In this document: positions 26,124 through 39,302 of the stretch, piece by piece | Numbering within the stretch: the stretch's first letter is position 1 | Layout of the letters: each line of letters opens with the position of its first letter | Assembly: GCA_951406725.2 (NCBI GenBank) | Contig: OX597814.1 | Coordinates: 54,064,001 to 54,128,000, forward strand | DNA length: 64,000 bases | Source of the DNA: Octopus vulgaris | Taxonomy: Eukaryota | Direction: 5' to 3' | Translations under genes and position numbers: made by a program | The notes under the pieces: model-generated | The model's database searches: none | Seen by the model: the letters and a program-made list of their open reading frames with translations, nothing else | What the model was told of the DNA's origin: nothing

Positions 26124-26355
26124 ATTTCTTTATTGCCCACAAGGGGCTAAACATAGAGGGGACTAACAAGGACAGACAAAGAGATTAAGTTGATTATATT
26201 GACCCAGTGTGTAACTGGTACTTATTTAATCAACCCCGAAAGGATAAAAGGCAAAGTCGACCTCGGCGGAATTTGAATTCAGAACGTAACAGCAGACGAA
26301 ATACTGCTAAGCATTTTGCCTGGCGTGCTAACGATTCTGCCAGCTCGCTGCCTTC
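26124..26355 (-). mobile_element. SINE inserted into another repeat, 15-bp TSD
   Basis: TSD CAGTGCCACATAAAT at 26109-26123 and 26356-26370. Confidence 0.88.
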
Positions 26356-26774
26356 CAGTGCCACATAAATGCATCCAGTACATTCTGCAAAGTAGTTGGC
26401 ATTAAGAAGGGCATCCAGCCATAGAAAGCTTGCCAAAACAGACAAGTGGAGCCTGTGCAGGTCTCCATCTGGCTAACACCTGTCAAACTATCTAACCCAT
26501 GCCAGCATGGAGAACGGATGTTAAATGATGATGATGTCTGTGTGTGTGTGTGTTTCTGTTTACTTTTGTCGTGACATTATTTAATGATTGTAAATGAGCA
26601 TCATTGTCATACAAGTAATGTTCATTTCTTGTCTTTCATAATGAAATATTAGCTTGCTTGGAAACAGGTGAGGGTTGGTGAAAGGGAGGCTCCTATGACC
26701 ATAAGAAAAACCTGCCACAACAAATTCTGTCTGATCCATGCAAGGCTCAGTAAATCTAGTCAATAGTTTATTTT

Positions 26775-27472
26775 ACCTAGATGGCCTGTGTGAAAAAGTG
26801 CCACACCCTAGCGGTTGAGGGAACCTGTGGAAGAGGTAGACCCAGGAAAACCTGGGACGAGGTGGTGAAGCACGACCTTCGAACTTTAGGTCTCACCGAG
26901 GAAATTACTAGAGACCGAGACCTTTGGAAGTATGCTGTGCGTGAGAAGACCCGGCAGGACAAGTGAGGCCATAATCCCGTGGCCTATACCTGGGATGTAG
27001 CCAGCCCACTTGTGCATTCCTTTCCTTCTTGGGACACAAAACTCCACTTGTGAAGACCTGTTGAGGCAAGTGAATAATCAAAATCGTAATCTGTCAACAT
27101 CAATGGAATTTGTAGCTGTGATACGTAGGAGAACCATCCGAACGTGGCCGTAGCCAGCGCCGCCCGGCTGGCATCCGTGCCGGTGGAACGTAAAAAGCAC
27201 CATCCGACTGTGGCTGTTGCCAGCTTCGTCTGGTCCCCGTGCCGGTGGCACGTAAAAAGTACCATCCGATCATGGCCGTTTGCCAGCCTCGTCTGGCACC
27301 TGTGTCGGTGGCACATAAAAAGCACCCACTACACTCATGGAGTGGTTGGCGTTAGGAAGGGCATCCAGATCAGACTGGGCCTGGTGCAGCCTTCTGGCTT
27401 CCCAGACCCCAGTTGAACCGTCCAACCCATGCCAGCATGGAAAGTGGACGTTAAACAATGATGATGATGATG
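26775..27472 (+). mobile_element. 5'-truncated RTE LINE: ORF end, 3' UTR with three ~62-nt tandem units, (GAT)n tail
   Basis: VEGTCGRGRPRKTWDEVVKHDL...REKTRQDK*; repeated TGGC..TTGCCAGC...GTGCCGGTGGCACGTAAAAAGCACC at 27143-27330. Confidence 0.9.
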
Positions 27473-29203
27473 GCCTAATCAGCAATGGAGTGTATTGCAA
27501 AAACAGTAGCCAGAGTAAGGACTGGGGGAAAGAAGTTCATGAAATGATTCTCTATGTTGGCAACATAAGAGTTTCTCTCTCCAAGTGAATTCTAAACTAA
27601 CTGATGTTTGAACACAAAATGTGATATTGCATAGTAGAAAGATATGGGCAATAAATGTGGAGAATATATGACAACTGAAAAGAAATGAAATAATTATATT
27701 CCACTGGATGTGTCACACCAGAGTGCATGAGTGACAAAATAGAAGGCTGCTGAAAGAAAATCTTCAGCATTTGTGTGTTAAAGAGGAAACTGATGACATC
27801 GACATGTGAGGTCTGTGATGAATAAGAGTTCGATGAAAATGAGTCAAATGATATAAGTAGAAGGAGCTTGTAGATGTGAAGAGTCATGAAATAGTGCAAA
27901 AATGGGAAGATACTGTGCTTTGATCAGGTTGACTCATGCCAATATAGAAAAGCAGATATAAAAACAATGGTGATATTCATATGTAATTCATCTTGCTGAG
28001 AAATTACACACAAGTACTTATTCAGCAGCTTTGGGATGAGGATCCACTTGCTGGATTTTGCTATCTTTACTGCTCATCAGGGTTCACTCACCTCTTCTGC
28101 TAAGGTGTTGAGGTAAAGTAGTGGAAGGTTATTTATTAAGCTGGAGTTAAAACTACTAGGAATATCAGCCAACTCCCAGCCTATTATCATGAAAAGGAAA
28201 GGACACATAAGATGATGTAGTCCTAGATATATTGTGTCCGAATAAATGATGGGATGATCAATCAACTACTACTAGTAGTATACCATATTTACTTTCTGTA
28301 CATATGGTGACAGTGGGATCAGACCCTTAAGAATTTTCCTGGTATTTCACTGGCTACCCCTGTTTAACTCTTTAGCATTTAAACTGACCATATCTGGCAA
28401 GAATATTTCATCAATTTTATGTACAAACTGGCCAGATCCAGCCTATCACACTTACCTTATAATATTATTCTAAATATAATGTCATTGAAATCTCAGTTAC
28501 AAGATTGTAGGCGCTGTTACCTCCTCTGATAGCAGCTGCCTAATTAGCTGGCCAATATTGAGGTTCAGACACTCACCTCCTCTTTTGGCATCAGGACGTC
28601 AGAGAGCAAAGATGCGATCTAGTTGGCTCTCTCACACCACACGCCAGCCAGCAGACAGGAGGTAACACGCAGGAGAAGATCATGGCCTCCATGCATCAAA
28701 CCATTTCTATTTATCATTCAGCTTGTATATATATGTGAGGTCGGCATTAAAGGTATTTAAGGTTACAGCCTTGTTCAAAAGTATTTCTCTATTGTGTTCC
28801 TATCAAATGATATTATAGCCTTCTGAGTAGAGTCATATTTAGATGGCTCCACAACCATGATACAAACAATCTAAAATGGTGACTTGACGTGGAATACAGA
28901 CTATCTAACATGGCACTACAATGCAGCACACACCACAATTCCTTCTAAAATGTGAACTCTGGACGGATTCTGACCAGTGGATACTTATTGCTTTTTCTTC
29001 TTTGCGACTTCATTTATATGACTAGACCGCCATTCATCGTATAGGAACATACCACTAATCTCTCTTGTCGCAATATTGTCTTCTTCACCAGAAAATTTTG
29101 GTGCCATTTTCAAGTTGGAAATTGCACATAATTTTTCCTTGTGTTGTCGCCAAATTTACAACTTTGACCTTCGAACACACAGCTTTCCAGGGGAATTTTC
29201 TTC

Positions 29204-29257
<54 letters not shown>

Positions 29258-29316
29258 TACATACTGACATACATACATATGCCAGGTGTTGCATGTGTGT
29301 ATATATATATATATAT

Positions 29317-29500
29317 AGTTAATCCAAACATGAAAACACAAAGAGAAAACACAACAACGCGAGGACGTGGAACAAGTATAGTGCTATTGGACGCTCAGGA
29401 AAGGAAAGAAAGATGGAGGATTTAACGTTTCGAGTGGAGCTCTTCGTCAGAAATATAGAAGAAAAGGAAAAGTCCAAAGAAGGGAAGACAGAGAAAGAAA
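29317..29500 (-). mobile_element. Short Penelope-associated repeat (copy 2)
   Basis: About 170-bp homology to 16083-16255; abuts (TA)n. Confidence 0.75.
29420..29454 (-). ncRNA. Minimal type-I hammerhead ribozyme motif
   Basis: AUUU-CUGACGA-A-GAG CUCCA CUC-GAAA-CG-UU-AAAU: intact catalytic boxes, helix II, palindromic ACGU helix III and 4-bp helix I. Confidence 0.65.
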
Positions 29501-29609
29501 ATCGATGGAATGAAATTCATATGACATTTTGAGATATTTTGTAAAATAAATTATTTCAAATTTCTGCATTTTTCTTTTTGCATACAAGTTAAATGTGAAC
29601 GCAGCAAAT

Positions 29610-29941
29610 ATGTCGTTTAAACTAGAGGATTTTCTTAAGTCCCCTACTGTGAGACAGTCGGTGCCTTGCGCTAATCAGGTTTATAGAAAGCTTTTGCACA
29701 TCTCAAACTTGAGGCCAAACCTGCTATGAGGAAATTTCAGATTTTGAAAATTGTTTTAAATCACTTCGTTGAGGAAGGAGTTTTCGGACATGATGCTTTA
29801 GAGATAGTAAAAGGACCTTCTGACCATTTGGAAAGGAAAAAGCTTGAAGTTCAATTAGAATTGAAAAGATTTGAAAATGAAGCTGAGCTTAAAAAGCTTG
29901 AAATTAAAAAAGAAATTGAGCTTAAAAACCTACTATTTTGA
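29610..29941 (+). mobile_element. Gypsy-type gag N-terminal fragment
   Basis: MSFKLEDFLKSPTV, then after a frameshift RKFQILKIVLNHFVEEG and an E/K/L coiled coil; resembles Gmr1-like gag starts (from memory, not searched). Confidence 0.5.
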
Positions 29942-30279
29942 AAAGTAATAACCTCTTATCCAATCAATTTTAAATGCTATTTGATGAGTTATTAAATAAA
30001 TACCACGCCACTTTATAGACATTTAAAAATCGTCATATTGTCCAAAACATTCATAGCTCTCCGATAGCCGGTTACGTGAGTAACAGCTTATGGAGTTTTT
30101 TCAGCTTTAATAAAACATATTTTACTCTAGGATTTGAGTGGTATTTTCGTCACCATGTTTTGGACCTATACACTGGCATGTGTGAGCACACATGCATGCA
30201 TACATACATGTTTCTGTGTGCGCACGCGCGCGTATACATATATATACACATACATGCAGACCCATACACGTATAGATAT

Positions 30280-30322
<43 letters not shown>

Positions 30323-31849
30323 GGAATTTTAGACTGACGGCGATGTGAAAACCTGCCATGAAGCAAATATGTAAGAAAGGTAACTCATACAAAACAAGTA
30401 ATGCAAGGGAGATCATTACTCCTAAGTATTCATTAAAATTGAAAGATTTTGGGCTGCTTACTGTCAATAAGAATCGCTTGGGCAAAATGTATATGATGTT
30501 AACAAATGAAAAGCTTTGTTCGGCATATTAACTCGCATCAACTTTTTGTTGACTTTCTACCAGTTTGTAATATCCCGTAATTTATTGATTCCTTAGAGTA
30601 CCAAAGAAAGTTTAATCTGAATGTAGGCATAGTACAATTCCCTGGAGAAATTTTCTGTAGCCTTCTACCCTGAGACGGTCTAAAATCAGAATTAAGGAAG
30701 CACTCTTCAATTCTGTTTTCAGTTGGAGGGAGGTAAACTTTTATCTGGTATTTTTTAAGAGCTAAATGGACTGAATTTCTACGTGGTGTCTTTAGATAAT
30801 ACATTTTCCAGGCATATTGAAATACGGCCTCCATTGGACGTGCACTGGGAGTGTGTATGAATAACAAAGTACAAATGGGTTGAAAGAAAAACTGAGCATA
30901 TGAGGAATTGGATCTAGTGTGCAAGAAAGGAGACTGTGTTAGTATGGCTATATAATGCATATGGATGAGGACAGTTGTATATAGAAGTGCTGATCATTTT
31001 TATGTGGATGGAGACCCCAGAAGACCTGGGATGAAGTGGTGAAGGCTGATCTCCTGACTGTGAACCTCATGACAATGGACTGAGATGACAGGTGATGTGT
31101 GGTTCTTAAGAAGACTCACCCAAATCAACAGCTATCATCTCTTTAACTGCAGCTTTTCCTTGATACCATTAACCTTTTTCATTCATCTTTATATGTCCTC
31201 TCTATTCTTGTCTTGTTTTCTTTTACTAACATTGCTTCCTCCAAACACTAGAAAATTCATTCTTGTGCATTTCACAATTTCTCTTTTTCTATGCAATGTC
31301 CATCTCTTCTATTCACTATCTATTGATCTATCACACACACATATACTCTCCCTGATCCACTGACGATATATAAGAAATGCCGTAAAGCCAAGCACTTTAT
31401 GGACATGAAACCCTGGGTAACCCCATAGACTGGCCATAACTATCTTTATCTACTTACTCTTCTGCTCTAAAGCTTAGAATGTGCTTCTCTTTCGGATTTG
31501 TGATTTACTGCACACAAACATACAGAATATGTTCTTGCATTATCTTTTCTTCTAACAACACAATAAAACACACACACAATAAAGGTATTGTACATTGTCT
31601 CCTTTGACTGAAACTTTCATCTGTTGAGGAGCACCATTCCATTCTAAATACTTCCATCATTCATTTTTTCAACATGCAGCATTCATTGTAAAATATTTCC
31701 CATTCAGAATTTCTGGATGCGGTTGCTCTTTGTCAAGTTCTACCTCTCTTTACCATGTTCAGTCTTTATTTGAACTCTACCTTTTCTTTTTGCCTTGATG
31801 GCGACATTAGTTCTTTCTGCCTATCTTCTTAAAGTTTTAGGTCTTAGTT

Positions 31850-32110
31850 ACCTACCTGTCATTTACCTTGCACACCAAATTTCTGATTCTTTTACAATGC
31901 CCAGCACCATTAAATGTTCATGGTCTAATTCTTCCTGTCTGTGCTCGTAACTCGTCCAAAAGAGCAATTCCATATTACACACCACTTTGACTGCATCCCC
32001 GCCAATCTCGTTCATTGTATCAAATGTAAATTTTATAATTTTTTCATGTAGGTGAAACTGGACATCATTCAGGCAACTGCTTTCCCAAACAACTTTATTA
32101 TGTTCATATT
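31850..32110 (+). mobile_element. Penelope-like GIY-YIG endonuclease remnant
   Basis: HFDCIPANLVHCIKC...VGETG resembles the PLE FtCxxxNvvYxIxC...YIGETG motif. Confidence 0.6.
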
Positions 32111-32399
32111 AACACGTAACAAAGTGATATCCAGTCATTTGTGTGTTATCTTACATCATATCTCAGCCTTCATCTGTAAAAACAAAGAAAAAGCTCTTCT
32201 TTGCCCATAAGTATTAATAAGTGTCTTGTATTCTACCAGTTCACCCATATCTTTTTCTTTGTCTTCTGCCATGTAATAGCTAGTCAAATTTATTTTAGAA
32301 ATTCTCATTGCAAAAATCATCTCTGGCTAATCGTTGAGAGGACGTTGGTGTTGCCTTGGCAGATGTTTGCCCTCTCTGAGTGCTCGTTATTATTATTAT

Positions 32400-32832
32400 T
32401 AAGCTGTGAGCTGGTAGAATCATTAGCAGGCTGAGCATAATGTCATTACATTCTGTGTTCAAATGCTGGAGTCAATTTTGCCTTTCATTTTTTCAAGGTT
32501 GATAAAATAAGTGCCAGTGGAGTATTGGGATCAATGTAACCAACAGACCCCTTCTCCAAATTTCAGGCCTGGTGCCCATAGTAGAAAGGATTATTGTTAT
32601 TATTACCATTATTAATAAGGCAGTGAGCTGGCAGAATCATCAGTACATTGGATGAGATGCTTAGCAGTATTTCACCCATTGCTACATTCCAAGTTCAGAT
32701 TCCCCCAAGGTCGACTTTACCTTTCATCCTTTCGGGGTTGATAAAATAAGTAGCAGTTATGCACTGGGGTCATTGTAATTGCCAATCCCCTCCCCCAAAT
32801 TTCAGGCCGTGCCTATAATAGAAAGGATTATT
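32400..32832 (+). mobile_element. Two tandem SINE copies
   Basis: Both start GTGAGCTGG(T/C)AGAATCAT and end TAGAAAGGATTATT. Confidence 0.85.
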
Positions 32833-33236
32833 ATTTCTTGGGCTACAATATCCAATGTATCTCCTTCCTTTTTTCTTTAGTGTGTGACTGGAGGAAGATT
32901 TGGTTTCTATTTCTAGTTGGTCAAACAATGGTATAAAACCTCCTTCATTACTTAATTGGCAAGGTAGATTTCATCATAGATGAAATAAATGCATATATAA
33001 ATATATAACAACATAGTCACAGGAGTGGCTATGTGGTTGAGAAGCTTGCTATGTGTGTGTAATCATCATCATCATCATCATTTAATGCCCTCTTTCCATG
33101 CTGGCATGGTTTTGATGGTTTGACATGAAACTGGCTAGCAGGGAGCTGTCCAGACTCCAACTGTCTGTTGGATAGTTTCTATGGTTGAATGTCCTTCCTA
33201 AAGTCAACCATTTAGCAGAGTGTGCAGAGTACAGCA

Positions 33237-33272
<36 letters not shown>

Positions 33273-33276
33273 CACA

Positions 33277-34996
33277 CATTACTATCCAAAAGTTCAAGAT
33301 CACCTAAACGTATTTTGAAAAAACATCTACAAAATAACATATTCTGGTAAAATATTTTATTAATGTATAGTTGCATTTATTGGATGACATAATTAACTCA
33401 CCAAAATATCCGCCCTTCGCCTTGATCACTGTGGAGCATATTCTGGGAATTCTTTCAACCATATTCGCTGGTAATATTTTGCCACTCTTCTTGTAAGAGT
33501 GTCCAGAGGGTTTCTACACTACTTAGTTGTTGCTTTTTGACTCTACAATCCAATACATCCTACACAATTTTGATGGGATTGCAATCGGGGGATTGGGCTG
33601 GCCATTCCATTACAGTCAACTTTTTCCATCCATTTTCTTTTGTAAATAGCTTTTGCATAGATTAGAAGTATGTTTAGGATAGTTGTCTTGCATCAGCATG
33701 AAATTATCACCGATCAGTCAGATGGAATGGCATAATATTGGAGGATAAGAGTGATACCAATTTTGGTTCAATGCTCCTGTTACCCGATGAATATCCCCAA
33801 CATTGTTTCTTGCAAAACACCTCCAGATCATCAAACTTCTCCACCACCTTGTTTTACAGTTGGAACTATACACTCAGGAGTCATCTGTTCACCAATTCTT
33901 TGCCTCACATAAACTACATTTGGATCTGAAGATTTCAAGCTTTGATTTATCAGTCTAGAGGTCGTGTTTCTATTGATCAATGGTCCAGGCTTGGTGTTTT
34001 CTGGCCCATATGAGTCGCTTATGTTTATTCACAGGTCAAAGCAGTGATTTTCTTATTTCTTTATTGCCTACCAGGGGCTAAACAAGGACAGACAAAAGGG
34101 TTAAGTCGATTACATCAACCCCAGTGCGTAACTGGTACTAAATTTATCTACCTCGAAAGGATGAAAGGCAAAGTTGACCTGTGTAATTTAAACTTGGAAC
34201 ATAATGGCAGATGAAATACCGCTAAGCATTTCTGTCAGTTCGCTGCCTCAAAGCAGTGATTTTCTGGTAGCACAACAACCATTTACACTGGCAGCAATGA
34301 GTCTACTCCTCATGTTTGTAGGAGACATGTTAGCTTTGCCAGCTTCACTTACTTGTGCAGCAATTTCATTTGCTATTAGATGCATGTTTCGGAGACAATT
34401 GACTCTGATGAACTTATCCTGTGATTTAGAAGTCACTTTTGGACATCCTGACGGAGCTCTGTTGTTATTTTTTCCTGTTTCATTATACCTTTCAATGGCA
34501 GTGTAGGAAACTAACTTTTTTGGCTATATCTCGAAAACTGTAACCTTCACTATGTAATGTGAAAATGCTGTCTCTTTTCAGGTGATAAATTACTGGTTTT
34601 GCCCATATTTAGGTTGATTTTTAGGAATTGCACTTATTTTACTTATTTTTAATAACTGAACCTGAAAGAAACAATAACACATTTAATGTGGTCATTAAAT
34701 GATGTTATCACATGAGTGTAAATAATCAAAATGTATTGCAATGTAGCCAAAAAGTGGAAGATAAAATAATTTTGACAACATTCCCAAATACGCTTGCACT
34801 CAAGAAATATGATTATTTGCATATAAAATATGTATAACTAGTGTTATTCCATATCGAATTAAACCCCAAACTTTATGCAGTATGTTATTCCATATTTTTA
34901 TTCTAAACAATTATCATCTAAATCAATAACAAAAGACTAAACATTCCATATTGAAACAAACTTTTGTAGGTAATCTTATACTTTTGGATAGTAGTG
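33277..34996 (-). mobile_element. Tc1-like transposon, full length and decayed, with nested SINE
   Basis: 29-bp TIRs CATTACTATCCAAAAGTTCAAGATCACCT / AGGTAATCTTATACTTTTGGATAGTAGTG followed by TA. MQDNYPKHTS and MEWPAQSPDCNPI motifs. SINE 34054-34247 with 18-bp TSD TCAAAGCAGTGATTTTCT. Confidence 0.88.
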
Positions 34997-36136
34997 TATA
35001 TATATTTATGTATGTGCATGTGTACCCTTGTCTTGACATCACTTGATGGCTGTAAATAAGCATCATCGTCATAGCAGCCAAGTTATTCATTTTCACCATT
35101 CTGTGAAAAACAAGAACTAGCTATGGGAAAATATTACTTTGCTTAGAAATAGGTGAGGATTTGTGACAAGAAGGGCAGCCAGCCCTAGAAAATCTGTCTC
35201 AACAAATTCCATCTGACCCATGCAACCATGGAAAAGTGGATGCTAAATGATGAAAATGATTGTATCCCAGCCCATCCTCCCCAAGTATCAACCCAGTAGT
35301 ATTCCATCTCCATCGAGTTCTTTTTTTCTTTGCAGCCATCAACTTTCAGTCTGTTGAAGAGGAATTTGTAACTGCATCAATATCCTGGCAGGATCACCCT
35401 TCTGACTAAAATAACAAATGAAACTCGAAATATATCTTGATGTTTCCATTTGAAGCAACTGTCATTAGATTTTCTGGTTATATTCCCAAGCATGACTAAC
35501 TGAGACTTGATATTATCCAACCATTTTGTTCTTGGTCTATTCCTAGGTCTCCTGCTAGTTGGCTCAACTTGAATCTATCTTGCAATTCTTTGTTATGACA
35601 TTCTAATCACATGTCCATAATACTGGAGCTGTGATTTCTCAGTGTAATTAGTATTACTTTATTGGCACTGGAAGAATGAAGGGAAAAAAGAATTCAACTA
35701 ACCCTGGTGGGTTTTGAACTTAAATGGTTAGAAAAAGTAAAATATATATCAAATAAAACAACAGAGAAATGAGAAAAAAGATTTATTTTCCTTTATCTGA
35801 TTAAATTTAATAAATAAACAGAATAAATTACATATCATAATTTGTACACACAGAACGATGTTTAATTTGTCTGTTTCTTTGTTCAACTGCAGGCTGCAGA
35901 TGTGTGTCTTTTTACATGCATGCATGTTTTTATACATGTGCATAAAAAAGTTTTTTTTGTGTATCTTGTGTGTGTGTGTGCAAATCAAACCTTGGTTTTC
36001 ATGTATATCGTATAGCAGCTATCTGTGTGAATTGTTCCATGGTATTGTTTGTGTGAATTTAACCACACAATCTGTATTTGTAACTATACATGTGTCCATA
36101 TACACATATACACACACATACATATATATGTGTGTT

Positions 36137-36167
<31 letters not shown>

Positions 36168-36564
36168 GCAAATGTCATGTGAGTGTATGTCAAAATAAAT
36201 TTGTGCATGTGTCTTTGGATTAAAAATAAACAACAAAGCTACATCCTTTTTATTGGATGTGAATTGTTCTGCTTTTCAGTGCCACTGAAGTCCTCTCCAG
36301 GAGGTTCAACAGAATAAAAAAAAAAAAAAGTTAAATATTTTAAATGAAACAAATGCTGGAATATATGTAACCATCTTGAAACTGCATACTACAAACTCCT
36401 CAGGGAAAATGCAGTTAATTCAGAAAGTCATTCAGTCAACAGAGCACACTATGGTGTTTGCATTATGTTCTTTAAAAAAAAAAATTTATGCTTCTTTTTA
36501 AAGTCATGTTGACCTTTTCTTGATAATAATAAAAAAAAATAAATGAAATAAAATAATTTACCAC

Positions 36565-36812
36565 TATATATTATATATATATATATTAAATAGATATGTA
36601 TATATTCTATTCTATATAGATAGGTATATATTACATTCTATATAGATATGCATATATTGTATTCTATATAAATACATATTATATTCTATATAAATACATA
36701 TTATATTCTATATAAACATATATATATTTATATTCTATATAAATATATATATTTATATTCTATATAAACATATACATACATACATATATATATATACATT
36801 TATATATTTATT
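36565..36812. repeat. AT-rich minisatellite (TATATTCTATATAAATACATAT-like units)
   Basis: Several imperfect 22-28-nt units containing ATTCTATATA. Confidence 0.8.
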
Positions 36813-37110
36813 TAAAAAAAAATTAATGAAAGATAAAAAACAAGTGAATCACAACCGGCAAAAAAAAGAATTCAGTTCCGAAGTAAAAAATTAGATATCA
36901 TAAAAAATAAAATAATTAAAATTAGATTAAATCTCTTTTTTTTTTTTTTAAATAAATAAAGTTTAATAATACACATATATGCACACACATAAAGATGTCT
37001 AATGCAATTCGTGTATATATGGGTAAACACATATTTGTATATATGATTGTATGTGCATGTGTATATGTGTGTGTTTGTGTAGATATATATGTATATACAC
37101 ACTCACACAT

Positions 37111-37156
<46 letters not shown>

Positions 37157-37401
37157 TTTCATGTTTTATTTTACTAATTCTTTTCTATTGCTCATTGCAG
37201 AGGAAAAGATAAAAATAATAATAACATATTGGAAAATACAAGTCACAGAAACCTTAGAACTGAGAGTTATGCTTAGCAATAATCTGTGCTCAACAGTGAT
37301 AGGTGCAATAGAAAGGGGCCAGAGATAGAGAGAGAGAAGAGAGGGGGGAAGAAATTAGGGTGCATGAAATACAGAGGCGTGGTAGAGATAGTAGGTATTT
37401 C

Positions 37402-37435
<34 letters not shown>

Positions 37436-37501
37436 GGGATAGAAATAGTTTACAAGAAGCAGTTTTGTGCATTCAGTTAGTTTATGAATCATAATAAATG
37501 A

Positions 37502-37675
37502 CTAGCTAGATGACTTGCAAGTGCTTAAATACATGTCTGATTTCAAGAACCGTTGGTAGGTGTCCCGCTGCATGAAATCGAAGATCTCCTTTTGAGCATC
37601 ATCAAACATATTCCTTGTGATATTAGTTTCTACTCTCTGACGAACCTTTTCTCTGTTAGGAGCCCTCAAGTTGAC
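37502..37675 (-). CDS. RGS3-like regulator of G-protein signalling, last exon (RGS domain C-terminal part)
   Basis: VNLRAPNREKVRQRVETNITRNMFDDAQKEIFDFMQRDTYQRFLKSDMYLSTCKSSS*; TTTCAG acceptor. Confidence 0.95.
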   Translation of the reverse strand, partial: VNLRAPNREKVRQRVETNITRNMFDDAQKEIFDFMQRDTYQRFLKSDMYLSTCKSSS

Positions 37676-38791
37676 CTGAAAGAAATGAATGAAAAAAAAT
37701 ATTGAAATACTTATTGAATTCATAAATTTAATATAAATGTATAAGGCAATATGTCTCCTACTACTACAGCCCTCGACCAACAAATGCCTTATGAGTAAAT
37801 TTGGTAAACAGAAACTATGTAGAAGCCTGTCATTTGTGTGTGTGTGTGTGTGTGTATATTGTTCATGTGCTTGTCATCCCACCATTTGACAATCAGTCTT
37901 AGTTTGCTTACATCCCCATAACTAAGCATTTTGGCTAAAAGAGATCAATGTAGTAAGTTACCAGACTTTCAAAGAAAAAGTACCGGGGCTAATTGGTTCA
38001 ACTAAACCCTTAAAGTTTGTCTCAGCATGGTCAGAGTCCAAGTAAAAGAAGGTGAAAAGGGAAGGGATGGAGCATGGAACAAGATTGAAAGAGATAAACC
38101 ACTAAAAAATTTATGCCTGTTCAATAAGATATAGGAAAAGACAAGCCCTGGGAAAGCCTCTATGTGGTTGCATGATATTTCAGAAATAACAACTAAATTT
38201 CTTTCAAATCACATCTGTTTAAAAATAAAGACACGTTGATCATAGGTCTTCTCAATCAGAATCGATCAGAAGCTCAAATATCAACAACATAGGATAAAAT
38301 ATATTAGCCCAGAACTTTTAATAAAAGCAGGGAGGACATGTAAGGTTTGAAAAACATCAGAGAAACTGTTGTGTTCAATAAAATTTAGATGTTTTTAAAC
38401 TTGTCCAACACTATGGCAATGAAAGGAGAATTACATGGATGTAGACTTTTGTCTTCTCCTTAATAAAGGATGTAGTGCGTGTATGGTGGTGGTGACACAC
38501 ACACACATACACACACAGAGGAAGATTTCACTATGTTTTTTTGTTTTTTTTGTGGGAAGAAGAGTGGAATTTATTATTTGTCAGTTTAAGAACTTGTCTT
38601 ACGTAAGAATTTGCAGAAGAATGATAGACTGAATTGGCCCCATTATTAAACTAGTATTTTTTTCAAATCAACTTTGAAGACTTAAAAGGCAAAGATTTGA
38701 GTAACAAAATTAAATACTGGCTTTGCTTTGGGAACGAAAATAGCCCATGTCAAAAGGTATAAATAATCTCTAGTAGTTTTCATAAATATTG

Positions 38792-38961
38792 GTTTCAAAT
38801 TTTGGCACAAGGCCAGCAAGTTTGGTGCTTATTTTATTGACACCTGAAAGGTTGAAAGGCAAAGTTGACCTTGGTGGAATTTGAACTCAAGCCATAAAGA
38901 TGGATGAAAAGTCCCTAAGCATTTTGCCTGGTGTGTTAATGATTCAGCCACCTCACTGCCT
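38792..38961 (-). mobile_element. SINE with ~18-bp TSD
   Basis: TAGT(T/C)TTCATAAATATTG at 38774-38791 and 38962-38979. Confidence 0.85.
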
Positions 38962-39071
38962 TAGTCTTCATAAATATTGAACTTCATCACAGTTCTTAGC
39001 ATTTGAGCCAGCAGGAATGTAGACTATTCTAGTAGAAACAGCCACATATAAGATTACAATAGATTCATTAA

Positions 39072-39278
39072 CCCATTTGAGACCAATCTGCCCGAGACTA
39101 GCCCTGGTTGTATTATATAAATTTTCTGTGTTAAAGTGAGCTAAATTAAAATCTTCAGTGCAAATTTCATACTCATTTATATTCCAAATAGCAGGTTATT
39201 TTGATAAATTCTCCATTATTTTCAAAGTTAATTGAAATAAAAGCAATGTATATCAATAGTAATATGGTAATAAAAGAG
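39072..39278. mobile_element. TTAA-flanked piggyBac-type MITE
   Basis: TTAA-CCCATTT...AAAGAG-TTAA, ending about 20 bp from the RGS donor at 39302. Confidence 0.55.
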
Positions 39279-39302
39279 TTAAGAAAGAAGGCAAATACTT
39301 AC

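Noticed and set aside
27143-27330. Regularly spaced repeats that superficially resemble a CRISPR array
   Set aside because: Contiguous tandem units without unique spacers, in a LINE 3' UTR, in a eukaryote, with no cas genes.
30538-30960. 140-aa minus-strand ORF
   Set aside because: Starts inside an RTE fragment on the opposite strand; no recognisable motif or splice support.
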